In this document: positions 13,001-25,322 of the stretch, piece by piece
How the letters are laid out: every line of letters begins with the position of its first letter
How positions within the stretch are numbered: position 1 is the first letter of the stretch
NCBI RefSeq assembly: GCF_002571385.2
Contig: NW_019218119.1
Span: 142,382 to 206,381 of the forward strand
Direction: 5' to 3'
From: Stylophora pistillata
Lineage: Eukaryota
DNA length: 64,000 nt
The notes under the pieces: model-generated
Database searches by the model: none
What the model was told of the DNA's origin: nothing
The model's input: the letters and a program-made list of their open reading frames with translations, nothing else
Translations under genes and position numbers: made by a program

Positions 13001-15824
13001 TTTTCTGAGTTTTAGGAGTATTTGCTTCTAAATCAACGCACGGCTTTTTGATGTATCTGCAATTTGCTCTTTAAATGAACGTAAGTAAAAGTAGAATCAT
13101 TTTGCACTTGAAAATACTCAAAGTTCGGGCATTTTTTTGTGTGAAAATCAATTTTCAAAAGCGAATTCCTGAAAACCTTTATTACCCTAAAAGTACAAGC
13201 TAAGGTTCGCATTGTCTCAGATAAGATACTGCAATTTCGCAAGGAATTTTCGAGTTTCGGCGTGGCGGAGTTTTTGGTAGTGAAAAAGGGCATAGCCGAC
13301 ATAGATGTAGGGTTTTTATGTTGTTAATGCCAAACCCTGCAAACGGCCGTTTTAGGCTTGAGCATTTTCAATGGCTAGATTTTAAAACTCGCGGGTTGAG
13401 TGTGATAAAACGAAACGATAGCACAAACAATAACTTGCAAGGCCTTTGTTTCATAACTCCGCGCTAACAAGGTAAATGAGCTAGACGTTTATTCCCTGTT
13501 GAAGAAAGGACGCAAGATCTCGTTGATTGTGTCAGTGTCAGTCAGTTAACACTACAGATCTAAAATTTTTTCGCTACCGCCAGAAAATGTTGTGAGAACA
13601 ATAGGCATTCTGCCCAACGTCATCTCTGGTTTCGGAAAATTCACGATTTTCCTTCTTCACTTACCCAGTGTTTTCATTTTTGTTGACTCTCTGTCAATCA
13701 GTGGGGTGTCGAGGATAGTAATAGTCATCGCCCTAAAGAAGACCAGTCTACGGTCACATTTTCCTCCAGTTGGTTAAGGAGGGGTTCGTTATTTACTTTG
13801 ATAAATTGTATGTTTGGCACATATTTACAGTATGTTTGCATAGCCGTGCGTGATAGAATGACGTAACCAAGAACAAATTTGCGCGTGGGCTCATGATCGA
13901 ATAATTTTGCGACCTTTACCCTTTCCACTACAAGACTCAGAGTATTGTCACGACCAAGACGAGAAAACTCTGAACTTTCACATTGCACAATATAGAATTA
14001 GGTAGAACCAGTACTCGATAAAATCGACATTCCGTGGCCTATAAAACGGAAATAAAACTAACTAGTATACTCTTTCTTTTTTTTTATAAGAACGTCTAAT
14101 TTTGGAGCTGAGGCTGAACGTTCTTAAATTTTTTTGCGAGTCGAGGCTGAAAACATTCTTAAGATGTGCGCAAATTACATGGTAGGCACTATTTCAGACT
14201 TTGTATCACCTGATGACTTTTATGATGTGGAAGTTAATTTGAAACAGTTATAAATAAGAACTGCTGATTATGACAAACCGAGGTGGGTGTCACCGATGTT
14301 AATGTTATACAAAACATGCCCTTAATTAATTGAGTATTTTGGTTAAGTTACATTTGCTACCTTGATTTTATGCTTGTCATTCAATATACAGAATAGCAAA
14401 ATCAAAACATTCTTAATCGACTCTCATCCCGAGGAAAGTTCTTAAAACGTTCTTAAATAGACCCTTCCACGATTTTAGCGGTCATATTGGTTGGGGGTGA
14501 AACAAAACCTCGTTGCTTAGCAACGAGCCATAGAATCTCTTATGATAAGAAGACGCGCATCGCTTCCCTCGTTTAATTTTCGCTTTGTTCAGGAACAAAA
14601 ATTAATATTCATCGCTGAAAAAGAGAAGACATTAATAAAGGTGAGTGACTTTTTCTCCTCTTAGCGACAAATGTTTTCTTCTCTGCTTTTTATGGGAATA
14701 TTGAGATCGTTTTTTCTTTGGACGTGATCTCAAGCTCGACATTCTTATAAAAAAAGGTTCTCATTAAAAAAAAAAGTACTCTTTCAAGTTAAAATACAGT
14801 ACTTAAAATCTTATTCCACTTTTAGTTCTCTTGATAGTGCGCTGATTGTTTCAAGGCGATTTTTCTAGGAAGGAATTCATCCTACGCATTTGGTTGTTTG
14901 TCAATGCTGAATTCCAGAACGTGCCGCTACAACGCTCTCAAACAACTGCTCTCACGCGTGTGTGACATATTTCATCTTGAACTGTCATCATGACGAATGC
15001 CACTCCTGTGTTCGAAATCATGCCCATGCACACAATTCTGCAGATTAACTTAAGCGTAAAAGTAAATAATGGTTTTTTTCGTTTTGTACATCAAGAATCC
15101 CTGTTTAAAGCTTGTCAAACTACAAAAGAAAAGAAAAAACCTCGCTTCTCCGCATCAGAAGTCGGCGCTTTAAAGCGTGAAAGTTTATCATGTTTACCAT
15201 AGTTAGTCCCCTCTACTATGTGTTTACTAATGAAGTGTTGGATTATCAGCTTACACAGATATTGAATCCATTTGGAACAGTTGCACAATGCGAACACGGG
15301 GAGCAATGAAACAATGACGAACTTCCAATTTTATGTTTTCCATCGCTAAAAAGAAAATTAAAATATTGAAATTTTTTCCATGTCAGCTTCGTAAAATCTT
15401 GTCAATGGTTGTCGATTGCCAGCGCTCACTCACAAGTGTTTAATTTCGCGTTCATTCATGCATGGATCTACTTACCTCCTTCGCAACAAGTTCCCTGATA
15501 TCCAGGGCGACACCTACATCCACTAGCATAAGGGGTTCCTCCGTTCTTACACTGATCTCTGTTACAGGCTTGTACCTCATCTAAACGGTACGGGCAAGAT
15601 CCCCCGCAAGCTTCTACCACAGTTTTTGTTCTTGTTCTTCTTTGAGTTCCGCTTGTTCCGCACCGATGGCTGCAGCTACTCCATGAGGTCCACGAGCTAA
15701 CTTGACAATTTCGTGCACCACACGGAGGAGGAGAACGTCGCCGTCGTCGTCGCCGCCACGAATCGATATCTCTCGCCAGAACTAGCACCATCAATACGAT
15801 AGCTAAAAACTCGCTAATCCGCAT
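429..15824 (-). CDS. Gene A: giant extracellular multidomain protein (SP, poly-Arg, TSP1, EGF, cbEGF, Cys-rich repeats, disintegrin-like, ~19 FN3/Ig-like DxTPP repeats); 3' end lies outside the window
   Basis: Manual exon chain with GT-AG sites and consistent phases: 15824-15476, 12466-12288, 11465-11217, 9908-9660, 9465-9246, 8565-8403, 7992-7837, 7123-1456, 1034-429. Sum 7839 nt = 2613 codons with no stop seen. The last exon ends at a donor (AAG|gttagc), so the gene continues to the left. Confidence 0.88.
1456..7123 (-). CDS. Gene A exon 8 (5.7 kb): array of ~17 FN3/Ig-like ~110-aa repeats
   Basis: ORF 1450..7071; acceptor tttgcag|G at 7123, donor GAG|gtatga at 1456. Repeat consensus DxTPP..G.V.DG...D.DYQ...W..F.D.ESG...Y...GT...L..G..YY.TV.A.N.AGL....SDG. 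Confidence 0.92.
7438..7622. mobile_element. MITE (inverted repeat) in a gene A intron
   Basis: atagaccacttttatgaatggctgc...aatattcttttgttcaaatttaaattagcccta / tagggctaatttaaatttaaacaaaagaatatt...gcagctatttatgaaagtgatctat. Confidence 0.8.
7837..11465 (-). CDS. Gene A exons 3-7: tandem Cys-rich repeats (C-D-D-G-N-x-C-T..D.C..G.C) and a disintegrin-like segment
   Basis: Exons 11465-11217 and 9908-9660 (both 249 nt, phase 0-0), 9465-9246, 8565-8403, 7992-7837. Motifs CNDRKACTRNDRCSSGAC, CDDGNACTRADTCRSGQC, CDDGNKCSKQDTCNAGRC, GTICRPAVDACDRPER. Confidence 0.85.
8700..9030. repeat. Degenerate minisatellite of ~20-30-bp units centred on a TGCGATTTATAAATCGCA-like palindrome
   Basis: aaatcgca and tttg(c/t)gat recur about ten times. 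Confidence 0.65.
10557..11150. mobile_element. Cluster of adjacent MITEs (~10557-10791, ~10793-11032) plus a TTAA-ended fragment
   Basis: ggctcgttgttcgaagg / ctttgaacaacacggccc; ggggcacgtttttcgaaagtcccggt / accgggactttcgagaaacgggcgcc; ...agggtgtcaagggttaa. Confidence 0.7.
11792..11968. mobile_element. MITE
   Basis: TIRs aatagcctatttctgaattaccctcggcctc / gaggccaagggtaattcggaaatgggctatt. Confidence 0.8.
12288..12466 (-). CDS. Gene A exon 2: calcium-binding EGF domain plus start of the first Cys-rich repeat (not in the ORF track)
   Basis: Acceptor tttgaacag|AC; translation DVNECNTRPCQHTCTNTFGSFTCSCHSCYTKVGLKCELRQCKINNQCYAYGRVNPSNQCQ; donor CAG|gtaaga. Confidence 0.88.
15476..15824 (-). CDS. 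Gene A first exon A1 (proximal): signal peptide, WRRRRRRR, TSP1, EGF-like
   Basis: MRISEFLAIVLMVLVLARDIDSWRRRRRRRSPPPC...WTSWSSCSHRCGTSGTQRRTR...CCEG. Phase-1 donor GAAGGAG|gtaagt joins exon 2 to give G-DVNEC. Confidence 0.88.
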
Positions 15825-16275
15825 TTTTTTTTTTTTTTTAGTAAATTAATTTCTGGCGAAGTTTTATCGTCTAAAATGAAAAGGAAGGTTGTAGACCCCG
15901 AAATAAACCAGGATAACGCAACGCAATGACGATGGCTCGAAACGGTATCACCTCACTGTATCAAATGAGACTGTTTTAGGGTCAAAATATATAATCTACT
16001 CGACCACTCTTGAGAAATGCTAACCCTTCTTGCAGAAGAGTGTGTTTTGGGTTCTTCAAAAATTCGCTGTTTACCTGCACGAAAGAGGTTGACGGAAAAC
16101 GTGACCATTACTTTGTGATGAAACAATATTGGTGGTGTTATTGTTTCATAACCCTGTTTATCATTTCTTATGTAAGGTTAATTGCGTCATGTCTTAATGT
16201 GAAGGTGTCAAATGAGTACCAAACTCCCCGTTTCAAAATTTCAGTAAGCACTTAGGACTTAGTGCAGCTGCAGCC
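15825..16275. promoter_or_regulatory. Putative bidirectional promoter P1 (A1 <- -> B1)
   Basis: 451 bp between divergent ATGs; TATA-like element near 15985. Function inferred from geometry only. Confidence 0.5.
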
Positions 16276-16470
16276 ATGCAACGGCTACGTAGTTTTGCAC
16301 TAATATTGGAGATTATTTTAATGATTCGCCATGCCAGAGCTGCGGCAGTGTTAGGACAGAGACTCTCGTTTGTAAAGCAAAGCACATGTACTTATGATTA
16401 CGAAGTCGCAGTTCATACTGCAAGAGGCACACGCACTACAGCCAGTGAAGGATTTCATCTTCACGCTCTG
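16276..16470 (+). CDS. Candidate alternative (distal) first exon B1 of gene B: signal peptide plus first strands of the lipoprotein N-terminal domain
   Basis: MQRLRSFALILEIILMIRHARA...CTYDYEVAVHTARGTRTTASEGFHLHAL|gtgagt. Homologous to exon 26145-26333, same phase-0 donor after 'AL', good Kozak context (gccATG). Confidence 0.72.
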
Positions 16471-18066
16471 GTGAGTAGAAAAATGTGTTCACAGTATTTT
16501 TACTGCTTTGACGCGCTCGAAGAGACGTGCTTACACATCATTGAAGCGAGGAAGATGCGATTTGTCTCGGTCATTTCATTTGTTTCCGCCGTGTTTATAT
16601 GGCTCGCGGCACATATTGGCGGGAGCGTGCGTGACAAGTTGCACAACTTTACATCATTGCAAAAGCTGTTATTCGTGTCGCAATGCCCTCTTTTGAAAGA
16701 GTGAGATGTTTTGATTTGAGATGAGAGAAAGAGAGAGAGAGAAGAAAATATTGGTTCGCTAGATGTCAATTAAAATGTAAACCTCTTTTATTTGAATGCG
16801 GAATGGCTTGTCTTGGAACGTGACTTAATAAGTAAATATTTAAACACTTTTAATGTAAACTATTACTTACAATCTGCCTTTTCATATATCCTCGCAACAT
16901 TACGCATTTCAGCATGTCTCAGACAAAGGGGTGTACCCCTTTGTTAGTTTTTCAGGATAATTTTTTTCCATGTAGGTCACGTTTCTCTGTAAAATTTCGA
17001 AAGCATGTTTGTATTTACTCCCTTTCTCAGAAAAAAAAAAACCGGGAGCGTTTACTTAACAAATTGTGTCAAATGTTTTGATGAGTTTGTCTCTTCTCCA
17101 CACCCACTTGCAAAAAATGTATAAACTCAGTAAGGAGAAATTACGCGTTAATCTGGATTTCTTCCAAAGTTTCCATGTTGTTCGTTTTTCTACTAGCATT
17201 ACCTACCAGCAAGGAAATAATCTTATAAAGCTCTTTCTCTAGGATTAATTGGTATATGTTCACTTTGAAAGCAAATTTGGAACGCTGGGGCATATTTGGG
17301 AATACACACGTATGCATTTGGAAAGAGACCTACTCTTCATTCTTGTTTTGAAAGCCTACGATAATCCCGTGTCTCAGTTTCGTTAGAGTTAGTCGTTCTT
17401 TGTCCCCACACATTTGTATTCACTGATTTACACTGACTAAATGTTCCCTTGGTTACGAATTCTTACGTTCAGCGAATTCAAAACTTTGCCGCTTTTCTTG
17501 ACAGACGTTTGACAGCTATGTGAAATGAATGAGAACCTGTTTTAGGAACAGAAAAAAAAAAACCTATTATACTATCTTGAGCGTGTTTTTCATGTATCGC
17601 ACATTCCTGTTTTCTTGAGCGGTGGTGTTTGTGGGATCATCTGAATAGTTTCTTGCGTGGGCCAATGAAATGGGACGATGAGTTAATTTCCTGTTCAGAA
17701 AAACATTTTTTTTTCACTCAAACCGATATACCAAGGTATTTCACTTCAATATCGGTAGAATATTATCAGTCAGAAGAAATTGTTTGATGTGACGTTTCAC
17801 ACATGTTGAGCAGTGATAACGACTCCATTGGCTGATCCCAGAGTCAGATTTTCTTGTTCGTAAATAGTTTATTTATATATTTACGATCAACAGGAAGAGA
17901 ACAAACAGCTATGTACTGCAACGAGCTTTGAACGTCTGAAACACCAATACCTTTACCTAAGCCTCGAAATTTCTATTTTGGTACGGATCGCGGATTGTCC
18001 AATATACCTGTACGGCTTGGAATTAATAATTGTGTCCCATTCGTCATTTGGTTCAAATTACTTAGA

Positions 18067-18830
18067 CAGGGGTCGCACTAACGCTTCTTTTGTGTTTATA
18101 TTGGACAAAAAAAGTGTCATCGCATGCGTGAGACAAGTACGACCCTTTTGTCGCGACCAGACATAACTATGTCCGAAGGACCTAAAGATCAAAAAAGCCA
18201 ATGTCCTGCCTTGAAGCAGGTCATATCTTGTCTAATGACCTTAAAAAAAAAAAACAATTTTTTGCTTTTCTTCTGTCTTAACGTCAACAAAGTCCGAAAT
18301 ACCGGCAAAAATTGGATTTTAGAAATTCTGCAAAGACAACACGTCACCAGTTTTCTTTACAACGTTTCATCTGGTCCTTCGGGCGAATTTCAACCCATAC
18401 CAATTTACAAATTTGCACTATTCACCTGATTATTCTCAGTATGGGGATTAATTGTTTTCACCCTTTGGCTCGCTGATCATTTCCCATTTTTTCGCATCTG
18501 TCGACGTCGGTTTAAAGTGGCAAGAGCCAACATTTGTCGTTGGCGAGTGTTGTAAAATGAGTACAAACCAATAGGGTTTTGTACATTGAACAAATTAAAC
18601 AGAGATTGAAGAAATGTCGCTAATAAAACGAGCACCTGCCTAATGTCTACAAAATTATATTTAGTGCTCTTTTCGTGCGTGAAATATTAAGAGTTGACAG
18701 TCTGGTTTCAAATATCATTTATGTCGCACAAGTGCGACCTCCATGACTCCCGTGGTGTAAATGTCGCGACATATTTGTGGGACATCTTATGGCGCGACAT
18801 AAAAAAACTAAGGCCACAGCGCGACCCCTG
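18067..18830. mobile_element. hAT-like non-autonomous element
   Basis: TIRs caggggtcgcact / agcgcgacccctg, degenerate 8-bp flanks (acttagac/ccttacac). Absent from duplication copy 2. Confidence 0.6.
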
Positions 18831-19648
18831 CCTTACACTTCCCCCGGATCACATAAAGATCACATCAAGATTGACAACAAAATTGGTTCTAAAATAGAAC
18901 ATATTAGAAAATAATCAAATTTTGATATGTTGATTAAACTGAACAGGGGACATTCCATTAAAAAGCACGGTCGGGTCATTTCTTTTTCGACGGTGGAGAA
19001 TTCTCAACCGGATCATTCGGATTGCGAATGACGAACTGAAAAATGCGCCTTTACAACGCACTCAGACAGCTGCTATCACGCTGTATGATATTTCATTATT
19101 AAGTAAACACATCGAACTGTCATCGATGACAGTGCCGCGCTGTGCCGTGCTGTGTTCGAAATCATGTCTAACACACTATTCTGCACATTAACTTAAGCGT
19201 AATAGTAGACAATCGTTTTTTCCTTTTGTACATTAAGAATCCCTGCTTAAAACTTGTCAAACTGCGAAAGAAAAGAAAAAAACTCGCTCCCCCATGTCTG
19301 AAATCGGCGCTTTGAAAGTGTGAAATGTTATCGCATTTACTGAGGTTCACACGTCGAATTGCACATGTGCCGAACTTAATGCGCGTAAATGCATGTGAAG
19401 TAGATGTTTGAATAAATCAAACTCGACTGGTTTAAATTAAATGTGACGTTTGCCGTATCTATGACTGAAACAGTCGAAGATTCGACTTAGGTTCAACTTT
19501 TGTTTCAAACATCGCATCTCACATGTGCCGAATTTAATACATAAATTATAGGAAATTATTATGATTCATTTATTACCCACAATTCGCCAGGATTTCCGAG
19601 AAAGCCATGCGCGAAAAAGCCAAAACAGCAGAAAAAAATGGTGGAAGA

Positions 19649-19723
19649 CTATGGAATTTGTAGTTCTTGCTTTGCCAGAACTAGCACCATAAATACGATT
19701 GCCAAAAATTCGGTGATCCGCAT
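19649..19723 (-). pseudogene. Truncated copy of gene A exon A1 (signal peptide only)
   Basis: MRITEFLAIVFMVLVLAKQELQIP* versus MRISEFLAIVLMVLVLAR; the poly-Arg/TSP1 part is missing. Confidence 0.8.
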
Positions 19724-20197
19724 CTTTTTTGTCTTTTTCTGCGAAATTAATTTCTGGCGAAGTTTAATGGTTTAAAATGAAAATGAAAGTTGTAGACAGC
19801 GAAATAAACCTGGCTAGCGCAATTCGCTGTTTATCTAGACGGAAGAGGTTGACGTAAAACACTGGTGGTGCGATTGTCACATGACTTTGTTTATTATTTC
19901 TTGTGAAACGTTGTGTCATGTCTTAATGTGATGGTATCAGATGAATACCACACCCCCCGTTTCAGGCTTATACTATTTTGCGAAACAAAACGAAACGAAA
20001 CCAGGCGAGATCTAACGAAACTAAAGGAATAATGCCAACATATTTTCTAATAAGGTAAAGATAACTTTCACAAGGATTTTGAAGTAATCGTTAATTAATT
20101 TATTCCGCAAAGTAGTAGTTTAATAAGAGTTACTGTTTTGCACATACGCCCTATCACAATTTCAGTAAAGCACTTAGGACTCACTGCGGCTGGCGAC

Positions 20198-20423
20198 ATA
20201 CACCGTCTTCGCAGTTTTGCGATAATATTGCAGATTATTTTAATGCTGGAGCTGCGGCAGTGTTAGGACAGAGACTCTCGTTTGTAAAGCAAAGCACATG
20301 TACGTATGATTACGAGATTGCAGTCCATACTGCAAGAGGCATACGTATGATTACGAGATTGCAGTCCATACTGCAAGAGGCATACGCTCCACAGCCAGCG
20401 AAGGATTTCATCTTCACGCTCTG
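20198..20423 (+). pseudogene. Decayed copy of gene B exon B1
   Basis: ATG>ATA at 20198, small deletion in the signal peptide, 41-bp internal tandem duplication (20301-20382); donor ctg|gtgagt retained. Confidence 0.85.
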
Positions 20424-20591
20424 GTGAGTCGAAAAACGTGTTTACAGTTTATTTTTGTTTTAGTTTTGTTTTTTTTACCGCTTTGATAAACTGAGTTTCT
20501 TGCGTGGGAGGAGAAGCGTGTGCGAATCGAAGGGAAGTGCTTACAGCAACATCAGCGAAGCGTGGAAGATGCGGTCATTTCATTTGTTTCC

Positions 20592-21489
20592 GCCGTTTCT
20601 CGGTTATAAGGCGCACTCGGTTATGAGACGCACACCAAACTTAGCAACTTAGTCAAACAAGCCAAGTTCCCAAACTGAAAATTACGTGAAAACACTCGGT
20701 TATAAGATGCAGCAAAAGGTTGAGAGTTAACAAAAGGTGTGATGGATCCGAGAAAGTTTCACAGTTGCCCTGGCGGTGAAAGCAAATGGCGAAAAACTCC
20801 CACCGAAAGTCTTAATTGAAGGTGATCGACAGCTGAACATCAACGCACCACCAAGCATGCAAGTTTCAGTGCACAAAAAAGGCCTGATAGACGAAGAAGG
20901 TAGGTTTTTTATCTCCACATTGTTTATTCAGAGAAGGAACTTTTCGTGAGAGCGACACAGACACGATTCAAGGAATTTGAAACAAGGTTGAATGATTATT
21001 TTGTTGTCGCGGATATCATGTTACCGAGCACGTGTTGTTAAGAACGTATGAAAATTTACGCCGGTTTGTTTGCTTTTTCTATGCAAGTTGATTAGTATTC
21101 TAAAAGTAGTATTCCTTTTTAATTCATAGGAGTAAAGGATTGGATATTTACGCAATCTTTGCTACACCTCAGACTAAAAAGCTCTGCTTGTGTTTCGTGG
21201 TCATTTGACAGAGGTCGTATAAGAAACGGTTCCGTTTCAGAAACAGCACAACGGCTCTTTTCAGAGCCGCCCCTATTCTTTTCAGAACCACCACTAATTA
21301 AGTCAGTTACCAACAATAAGTGTCCTTTTCTTTTCTTTAACTATAAGTTCTGCTAAAATTGTGATCTAAAGATTTAGCTGCGCAAAAAAACTTGGATATA
21401 AGACGCAACTGATTTCAGCACTAACTTTCCACCCGAAGACAGAATTTTCTTGATAAAACCGTGCGCCTTATAACAGAGAAACTACGGTA
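20592..21489 (+). mobile_element. Internally deleted pogo/Tigger-like DNA transposon
   Basis: TIR-like ends ccgtttctcggttataaggcgcac / gtgcgccttataacagagaaactacggta; DDE remnant FTVALAVKANGEKLPPKVLI. Absent from duplication copy 1. Confidence 0.75.
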
Positions 21490-23314
21490 GGTCACGTTTC
21501 TTCGAGAGTATGTTCGTATTTACTCCCTTTCTTAGGAAAAAATGAGTAGTACTTAGAAAATTGTGTGCAAGGTTTTGATGTTTGTCTGCTCTCTATATCC
21601 ACCATCAGGAAAAAAAAGTATCGATTCAGTAAGGAGAAATTACGATTTCTTCGAAAGTTCCCTTGTTGTCCCATTTTCGAATAGCATCACCTACCAGCTA
21701 GGAAATAATCTTAAAAGCTCTGTTTCATTTTCACTTTGAAAGCAAATCAGTTTGGAAGGTTGGAGCATATTTGGGAATACACATGTATGTAATTGGAAAG
21801 GGAACCAATCTTCATTCTGGTCTTAAAAGCCTACAATGATCTCGTGTGCTTTAGTTTTGTTAGAGTTAGTCGTCCCTTGTCTGCTTATATTTGCACCTAC
21901 TGATTTATACACCAATAATATTCCCTTGCTTACGAACTCTTACGTCCAGCGAATTACAAAACTTCTTTTGCCTTCATAGATGTTTGACCGCCGTTTATGA
22001 GATAAATAAGGTTTACTTGTTTTAGTAAATGAAGAAAAAACTAGCGCACTATCTTGAGTGTAATCTGGATGGATTACACATTCTTGTTTTTCGTGAGCGG
22101 CGTTGTTCGTGGGGGCATCTGAATGATTTCTTACGTGGGCCAATGAAAGGGGATGATGACTTAACTTCCTGTTGCGAAAAAAATGTTTCTCTTTACTCAA
22201 ACCGATATACCATGGTGGAGATTTCGCTTCAATATCGGTAGTATAAAAATAGTCGGAAAAAATTGTTTGATGTGAGATTTTACATTGGTTGAGCCGTGAT
22301 AACGACTTCTTTGGCTGATCCCGGAGTCAGATTGTCCTGTTCGTAAATAGTTTATTTATATATTTGCGATCAATAGGAAAAGAACAGACAGCTATGCGCT
22401 GCAACGAGCTGAGAACGTCTGAAATACCAATACACACACCCAAAGCTCGAAATTTCGGATCGCAGTTGGTACAATATCCCCGTACGGCTTGGAATTAATA
22501 ATTGTGTTCCATTCGTCATTTGGCACAAATTCATGTAATCTTTCTGTGGTTTTCCAGATCACACAATTAAATGTAGTTCGTATTCTTTTTAACTTCAAAA
22601 AGTAGGACAGTGCTGTGTGTAACTAACTCCAGAAAGAAAACATCAATTTTACCTTCTCCGGCGCGTTGCTAACTTCCTAGCAGTAAGGATAAACTATCCG
22701 GTGTTGCTTCAAGTTTTTCTCAAAGTAGCTCAGGCGAATAACGAAAAGGCGCACGCCCCGCTCTTTCATTATTTTCCATCGCTGTGCTAAAATCCAATGG
22801 ACTGATGCACCAAATAGACCGATGCACCATCACAACATGAACATTAACAACAAAATGATAAATATATACAATTTATAGTGGGAGTCGCTCTCAAATACTA
22901 GATATGAAGAATTTTTCATTTTGAGCTTTTAATAGGAGAGCAAGCTGTGCCTCGATCCAACACATGGAATAATTGATTCAGTGAAACATGACAACGCTAA
23001 CATACTCATAAAAATAGTAAATTTTCAATATTGACAACAAAATTAGTTTTAAAATAGTGCATATTACAAATCAAATTTTGATCTGTTGATTAGACTGAAC
23101 CGGGAACATTCCGGTAGAAAGCACGTTCTGGTTATATCCTTTTCGACGATGGAGAATTCTAAACGGGATCATTCGGATTGCAATTAACGAACTGAAAAAC
23201 CCTTTGGCTGAATTTTTCTCGATGAAAACATGCGGTAGATTCACTGCGTAGTTTCGCCCATGTCTATGCTGTCTGTCTGAATTACGACAACCGTTATTCG
23301 TTCAGTAACCTCAC

Positions 23315-23660
23315 CTTGTTGGCAACAGATTCCTCCGTATCCCAGTCTGCAACTACATCCACCATTATTTGGTGTGCCGCCGTTTTGGCAATTACCCCTG
23401 TTGCAAGCTCGCGTCTCCTGCAGTTGATACGGGCAAGTTCCACCGCACTGCGCGGCCTGCAACTGTTGTCGTGTGCGACTCTGCGAGCCACTCGTTCCAC
23501 ATTGATGCGAGCAAGAACCCCAACTGGTCCAGCTTCCAACCTGACAGTTTCTAGCGCTACACGGAGGAGGCGACCTCCTTCGTCTCCTTCTCGACCAGAA
23601 AATCGAATTCGATCCAGTGATCAAAACCAAGAAACAGATTGTTAAGATACTGCTTTTCAT
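23315..23660 (-). CDS. Candidate alternative first exon A2 of gene A (SP, WSRRRRRR, TSP1, EGF-like)
   Basis: Intact paralogue of A1 with conserved Cys. Phase-1 donor CAACAAG|gtgagg at the same codon position as A1. I saw no downstream exons of its own. Confidence 0.75.
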
Positions 23661-25322
23661 GTTGTATTTCGATCAAAAACCTATTTTGTATGCTTGGTAT
23701 TCTCGTTAAACCAAACTCAAGAACTTTCAAAGTCTGGAAAACACGGATGTACTTCTTGAAATGAAGTACTTCCTCCGCCAATCGGGAAGGAAACGACTTC
23801 CGCTCAAAATATTTATCTTCAATTTGTATACGCAAATTCTATTTTTCACGGAATGACAGGTACGAAACTGTGAATGATTTGTAAGAAGGGTCTTTTTAGG
23901 GAACGTTCGACATGTTGAGACCAGTCTCTCTTTAAAGATAACAATTTATTTATGTAAGCGATTGCCTTCTGTTTTTAATTTCATCAAAAACAAGCCAACG
24001 AAAACACAATTAAAAGCCAGAGACCTTCTGTAATTAATTTTTCTGCTTTGTTGTGACATTTATCCTCTGCTAGATTTATTCTAATTAGCGATCATCCGTG
24101 CCGCCTGTTGAATGAAATGTTCCCTATGTTCGATGGGCACAGCATTAAGAAAGTTGGTGTTAAGGGCTAATAATTACAGAAGTTTAAGGTAAAAATCTCA
24201 CGATCCTTAATCTCAAACTATTTTAGTTCCTGTTATTTTGGTAACCTTTATTGCACCTCCATACGAAACTATAGAAGGAGGCGGCGTAGGACAGATCCCT
24301 TTTCAGGGCGGATTGTTTTAATTTGTAATTCAGCATTTACAAACTCTGTTGCGCGATTAACAATGCATCGCTACTGATAGGTAATCGCAATTTAAGCAAA
24401 CATCAACAGACAGGATTCCACAAACTTTGTTTTCTTTCCAATCCTCGTTTCGTTTAAAGAGTGTATCTTTTAGCGTTTTTTCAATTTCCATCTCTTGCCG
24501 TGTAGTTAGCCACACAAAGTGTTACTTTTGAAGTTGTTTTTAGTGAATTGAATTTTTGATGGTTGAAGTTTTATGAAAGTTTCCTTCCGAGATTTGAAGG
24601 TTTTGTGGTGTGTGTTTCTGGCATTTATCTTAAGTGGATCTGCAGAGGCAAGATATCAGTTTGGCTATAAGGTTCAGCGCTATATCGCTTTGTGTTCATC
24701 TTTCTAAATCCCTTTTAATCTCTCCTCTTAAAACCCTTTTTAACTTTGTTTGAATTTTCTATCAGCTTTCTCAGGCATAGGACAATTTTGGGAATAATGC
24801 AAGCGTTGCTACTCCACGCCCACTCTATGGAGTTCGTGTATGTCCGCAAAGCAACTTCTGCGTAGCTCAGTTAATCATTTTTCTATCAAAAAGAAATGCA
24901 CATTCAATGATCCACTTGATCTCTAGGGGTACTTGACCAAATATCAAGCATTTGAATTTCAAAACATATTTTTACGGTCGTATAAACAGCCTTTCTTTCA
25001 CACCACAAGAATCTCAGAACAAACGCGAGACGGTGTAAAAAAATCCAAATACTCCCTATCATTAACAATCAAGTCCTTTTTCTTTTAAAACTATCTCCTT
25101 AACATCTGGCCACCTTTTTTAAACAATAAATTCAGACCACCTACATTGTGTACAGGCTCACAAAATGTAACCAATATTTGCAACAGATCGCGTCAACTTA
25201 GTTTGGCTATCAGAGATTTGTCAAGAACTGTATATTTTCAGTGATCCAATCTTCTTCACACCACACTTGCGACATATCCAGTATGACCTAAAAAATCCAG
25301 ATACCTGTATGATTGGACTCAC

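Larger units (their letters stand above)
14930..23200. repeat. ~4.1-kb direct tandem duplication (copy 1 ~14930-19045, copy 2 ~19050-23200) of the A1/B1 bidirectional cassette
   Basis: Collinear similar blocks: ~14980-15195/19115-19340, 15770-16470/19672-20425, 16975-18058/21490-22525, 18870-19045/23030-23200. Confidence 0.85.

Noticed and set aside
12800-14790. Coding exons in gene A intron 1 (ORFs 12536, 13033, 13592, 13725)
   Set aside because: No recognisable motifs; the region looks like nested transposon debris whose boundaries I could not define.
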